This document shows, one piece after another, positions 23,003 to 24,869 of a DNA stretch of 24,869 nucleotides. Source of the DNA: a virus (lineage: Duplodnaviria > Caudoviricetes). Positions within the stretch are counted from its first letter, which is position 1, and each line of letters starts with the position of its first letter. A model generated the notes under the pieces. The model was not told the origin of the DNA. It ran no database searches and worked only from the letters and a program-made list of their open reading frames with translations. The DNA is taken from IMG/VR virus record IMGVR_UViG_3300037755_000271, positions 1 to 24,869 of that record; one strand, written 5' to 3'. Both the position numbers and the translations under genes were made by a program.

Positions 23003-23085
23003 TTCGTTAACTTTATTTCGGTATTTGAGGTTTGTCAGCGGCTTAGTCGTGCCGATTTTGGAGAATTAGGAGAACATTCCGCTCA

Positions 23086-23106
23086 CTTGGGCGCTATCTT
23101 GGGCGC
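23086..23106. repeat. Tandem 9-bp direct repeat CTTGGGCGC
   Basis: Exact copies at 23086-23094 and 23098-23106. Confidence 0.5.
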
Positions 23107-23255
23107 AACGATTGCTCAATAAGCCAATGCAATCGGCGCAACTCCTGCTGCAAGTATGCTTCCGATGCGGTCTCGGCGATAAACCACAGCCCGTCATCCT
23201 CCGCTTGCTGCGCCGTGACTTGTCTTAGCATCTTCATCTGGTCTTCAGCATTCAT
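23094..23255 (-). CDS. Small phage hypothetical protein (53 aa), absent from the ORF track
   Basis: ATG overlaps the polymerase TGA (ATGA); MNAEDQMKMLRQVTAQQAEDDGLWFIAETASEAYLQQELRRLHWLIEQSLRPR*. Confidence 0.7.
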   Translation of the reverse strand: MNAEDQMKMLRQVTAQQAEDDGLWFIAETASEAYLQQELRRLHWLIEQSLRPR

Positions 23256-24868
23256 TTCCTATACCTCACGCCACGCCACCCCTCCACCTTGATCGGCAGC
23301 CCCGGCGCCCACTCTGGCACCTGCGCCATGAGCCGCTGGAACTCTGCCTCGCTGCCTTGGCCGATCTCCACCTCGGACCCGCCCTCGTCATGGACATGCA
23401 CGACAACCGGATATCCGTGGTCCTCGAGCCGGATCAGCGCCTCGGCCAGGCAGTCCCGCGCCATGCCGCTGGCGACGTTCTCCGCCATCATGCCGCCGTA
23501 GGTACGGATCTCGGTCCATCGGCGCGTGTAGCTGTCGACGCCCTTGTAGCGCAGGCCGGGGAACGGCTCGCCTTCGATCTTCACCTCACCGGCCGCCTGC
23601 CGTTCGCGCGCCTCGGCCACGGGCATGGTGCCCTTCTTGCCGTTCCGGTACTGCACCCACACCTGCATGTAGACGGTCGGGTAGGGGTAGCAGAGCGCGC
23701 GGCCGCTCGGCAGCCGGGCGAACAGGAACGAGCCGACCTTCTTGAACCGGATGACCCGCGCATCGACGGTCCGGCCGGGATGCTGCACCGCCTCGATCGC
23801 GGCGATCTCCAGCATCTTCCAATACTCGACGATCCGGTCGTTCTGCGAGCGCCACGCCTTGACGGCCTTCTCAGCGAGCGACAGTTCGATCCGAAGGTTG
23901 CCTTCCTTCTTGCACGTCGCCTTGAACTTCGGCGCACCCATGCCGTATCCGCAGCCGAGCACGGCCCGCTTGCCGAGCTCGCGCTCCAGACAGTTTTTCC
24001 CCTTCGCCAGCACCTCCTCGGTCGTCAGTCCGAAGATCGCCGCGCCCATCCGCTCGTAAACCGGCCCTTCATCCCGGAAGTACTCCACTAGGTCGTTCTG
24101 GCCGGCCAGCCACGCCAGCGTGCGGCCTTCGATGTTGCTGAAGTCGGCCGTGACCAGTTCCTTGCCGGACGGCGCCACGATCATGCTGCGAAGCGCGTTG
24201 CTGACCACGTTGATCGGTGAGCCGTAGAGCAGCCGGAGCAGGTCGGCCTCGCCACGCATGATGTGCGGAATCGCCGCCTCGATCTCCTCGAATTTCATGT
24301 CCGGCCGCGGCATGTTGTGCAGCTGCACCCGCGCACCGCTCCAGCGGCCCGTCGAGGCGCCGTGGTAGAGGAACATGCCGCGCACCCGCCCGTCACCAGA
24401 TACGGCATGCTGCATGGCCGTCATCTTGGCGTTCGACGCCTTGGCCGACTCCTGACGCAGCCGCAGCACCCGCTCGACGTCTTCCGGCAGGTCCTCCTCA
24501 AGGAGATCGAGGATGTGCTCCTTGTCGATGCTCGCGGTGTCGACGAAGCGGGTCTTCAGCCATTTGACGATCTGCTGAACCTGCGTGCCGGCCGTGACCA
24601 TTCCGCCGGTAAGCTCGCGCAGTTCCTTTCCGATCGGGATTTGCTCCGCGTCGACCATCGCCTGCGCCTTGCTCACCAGCGGCATGTCCAGCATAACCCC
24701 TCGTGAATTCACGGCATGATCAAACAGCCATATCTTGCGCTCTTGAGCGGAGAGGGGCAGCAGCCGTTTGGCGAGTTGCCGTTCGACTTCCACATCATTG
24801 GCGCAATAGGCTGCGAGGCGATCTAGCTTATCCGACTGATCCCACCAGACAATCGTTCCGTCCGTCTC
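23252..24868 (-). CDS. Phage DNA polymerase, family A (5' end outside window)
   Basis: Frame open to the right edge, including ExoIII YCANDV; GASTGRWSG...QLHNMP, motif A ADFSNIEGR, motif B RELGKRAVLGCGYG, motif C VHVHDE. Confidence 0.95.
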   Translation of the reverse strand, partial: ETDGTIVWWDQSDKLDRLAAYCANDVEVERQLAKRLLPLSAQERKIWLFDHAVNSRGVMLDMPLVSKAQAMVDAEQIPIGKELRELTGGMVTAGTQVQQIVKWLKTRFVDTASIDKEHILDLLEEDLPEDVERVLRLRQESAKASNAKMTAMQHAVSGDGRVRGMFLYHGASTGRWSGARVQLHNMPRPDMKFEEIEAAIPHIMRGEADLLRLLYGSPINVVSNALRSMIVAPSGKELVTADFSNIEGRTLAWLAGQNDLVEYFRDEGPVYERMGAAIFGLTTEEVLAKGKNCLERELGKRAVLGCGYGMGAPKFKATCKKEGNLRIELSLAEKAVKAWRSQNDRIVEYWKMLEIAAIEAVQHPGRTVDARVIRFKKVGSFLFARLPSGRALCYPYPTVYMQVWVQYRNGKKGTMPVAEARERQAAGEVKIEGEPFPGLRYKGVDSYTRRWTEIRTYGGMMAENVASGMARDCLAEALIRLEDHGYPVVVHVHDEGGSEVEIGQGSEAEFQRLMAQVPEWAPGLPIKVEGWRGVRYRK

Positions 24869-24869
24869 A

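Larger units (their letters stand above)
1..24869. mobile_element. Temperate podovirus-like bacteriophage genome segment (both ends run off the window)
   Basis: Continuous terminase-portal-scaffold-capsid-adaptor-nozzle-internal virion-lysis-repressor/xis/int-DNA polymerase order; no tape measure, sheath or host housekeeping genes. Confidence 0.95.

Noticed and set aside
22881-23100. tRNA fragment or CRISPR-like mini-array in the int-pol intergenic region
   Set aside because: No cloverleaf, T-loop or CCA signature; repeats are short, inverted and not regularly spaced with unique spacers.
1-24869. Alternative genetic code, introns, inteins or diversity-generating retroelement
   Set aside because: Genes tile the window under the standard code with TAA, TAG and TGA all used as stops; TerL and the visible part of Pol are uninterrupted; no reverse transcriptase or TR/VR repeat pair was seen.

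Overview
The whole window is a gene-dense, GC-rich segment of a tailed dsDNA phage with a podovirus-type (P22/T7-like, short-tail) virion module; no host genes are visible. The + strand runs: terminase large subunit (5'-truncated), portal, scaffold, major capsid, decoration-like protein, adaptor, nozzle, GNAT-fold protein, a run of internal-virion/ejection genes, lipoprotein, HTH-metallophosphoesterase, holin(s), lysozyme, XRE regulator, Xis-like HTH and tyrosine integrase. This arm converges across an att-like intergenic region with a family-A DNA polymerase (Leu762 type, 5'-truncated) on the - strand. The phage is probably temperate with an alphaproteobacterial host (inferred from GC content and LexA/CtrA-like motifs). 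Main observations: (1) four consecutive genes after the GNAT gene all start Met-Cys, including an unannotated 58-aa Met/Gln-rich peptide, suggesting an N-terminal-Cys acylation system for ejection proteins; (2) a 15-bp motif of 9-bp-period TGTCG units occurs about nine times, seen only in intergenic DNA; (3) a symmetric attP-like element lies next to an alphaproteobacterial SOS box. All functional calls come from reading motifs and synteny by eye; no database searches were run.
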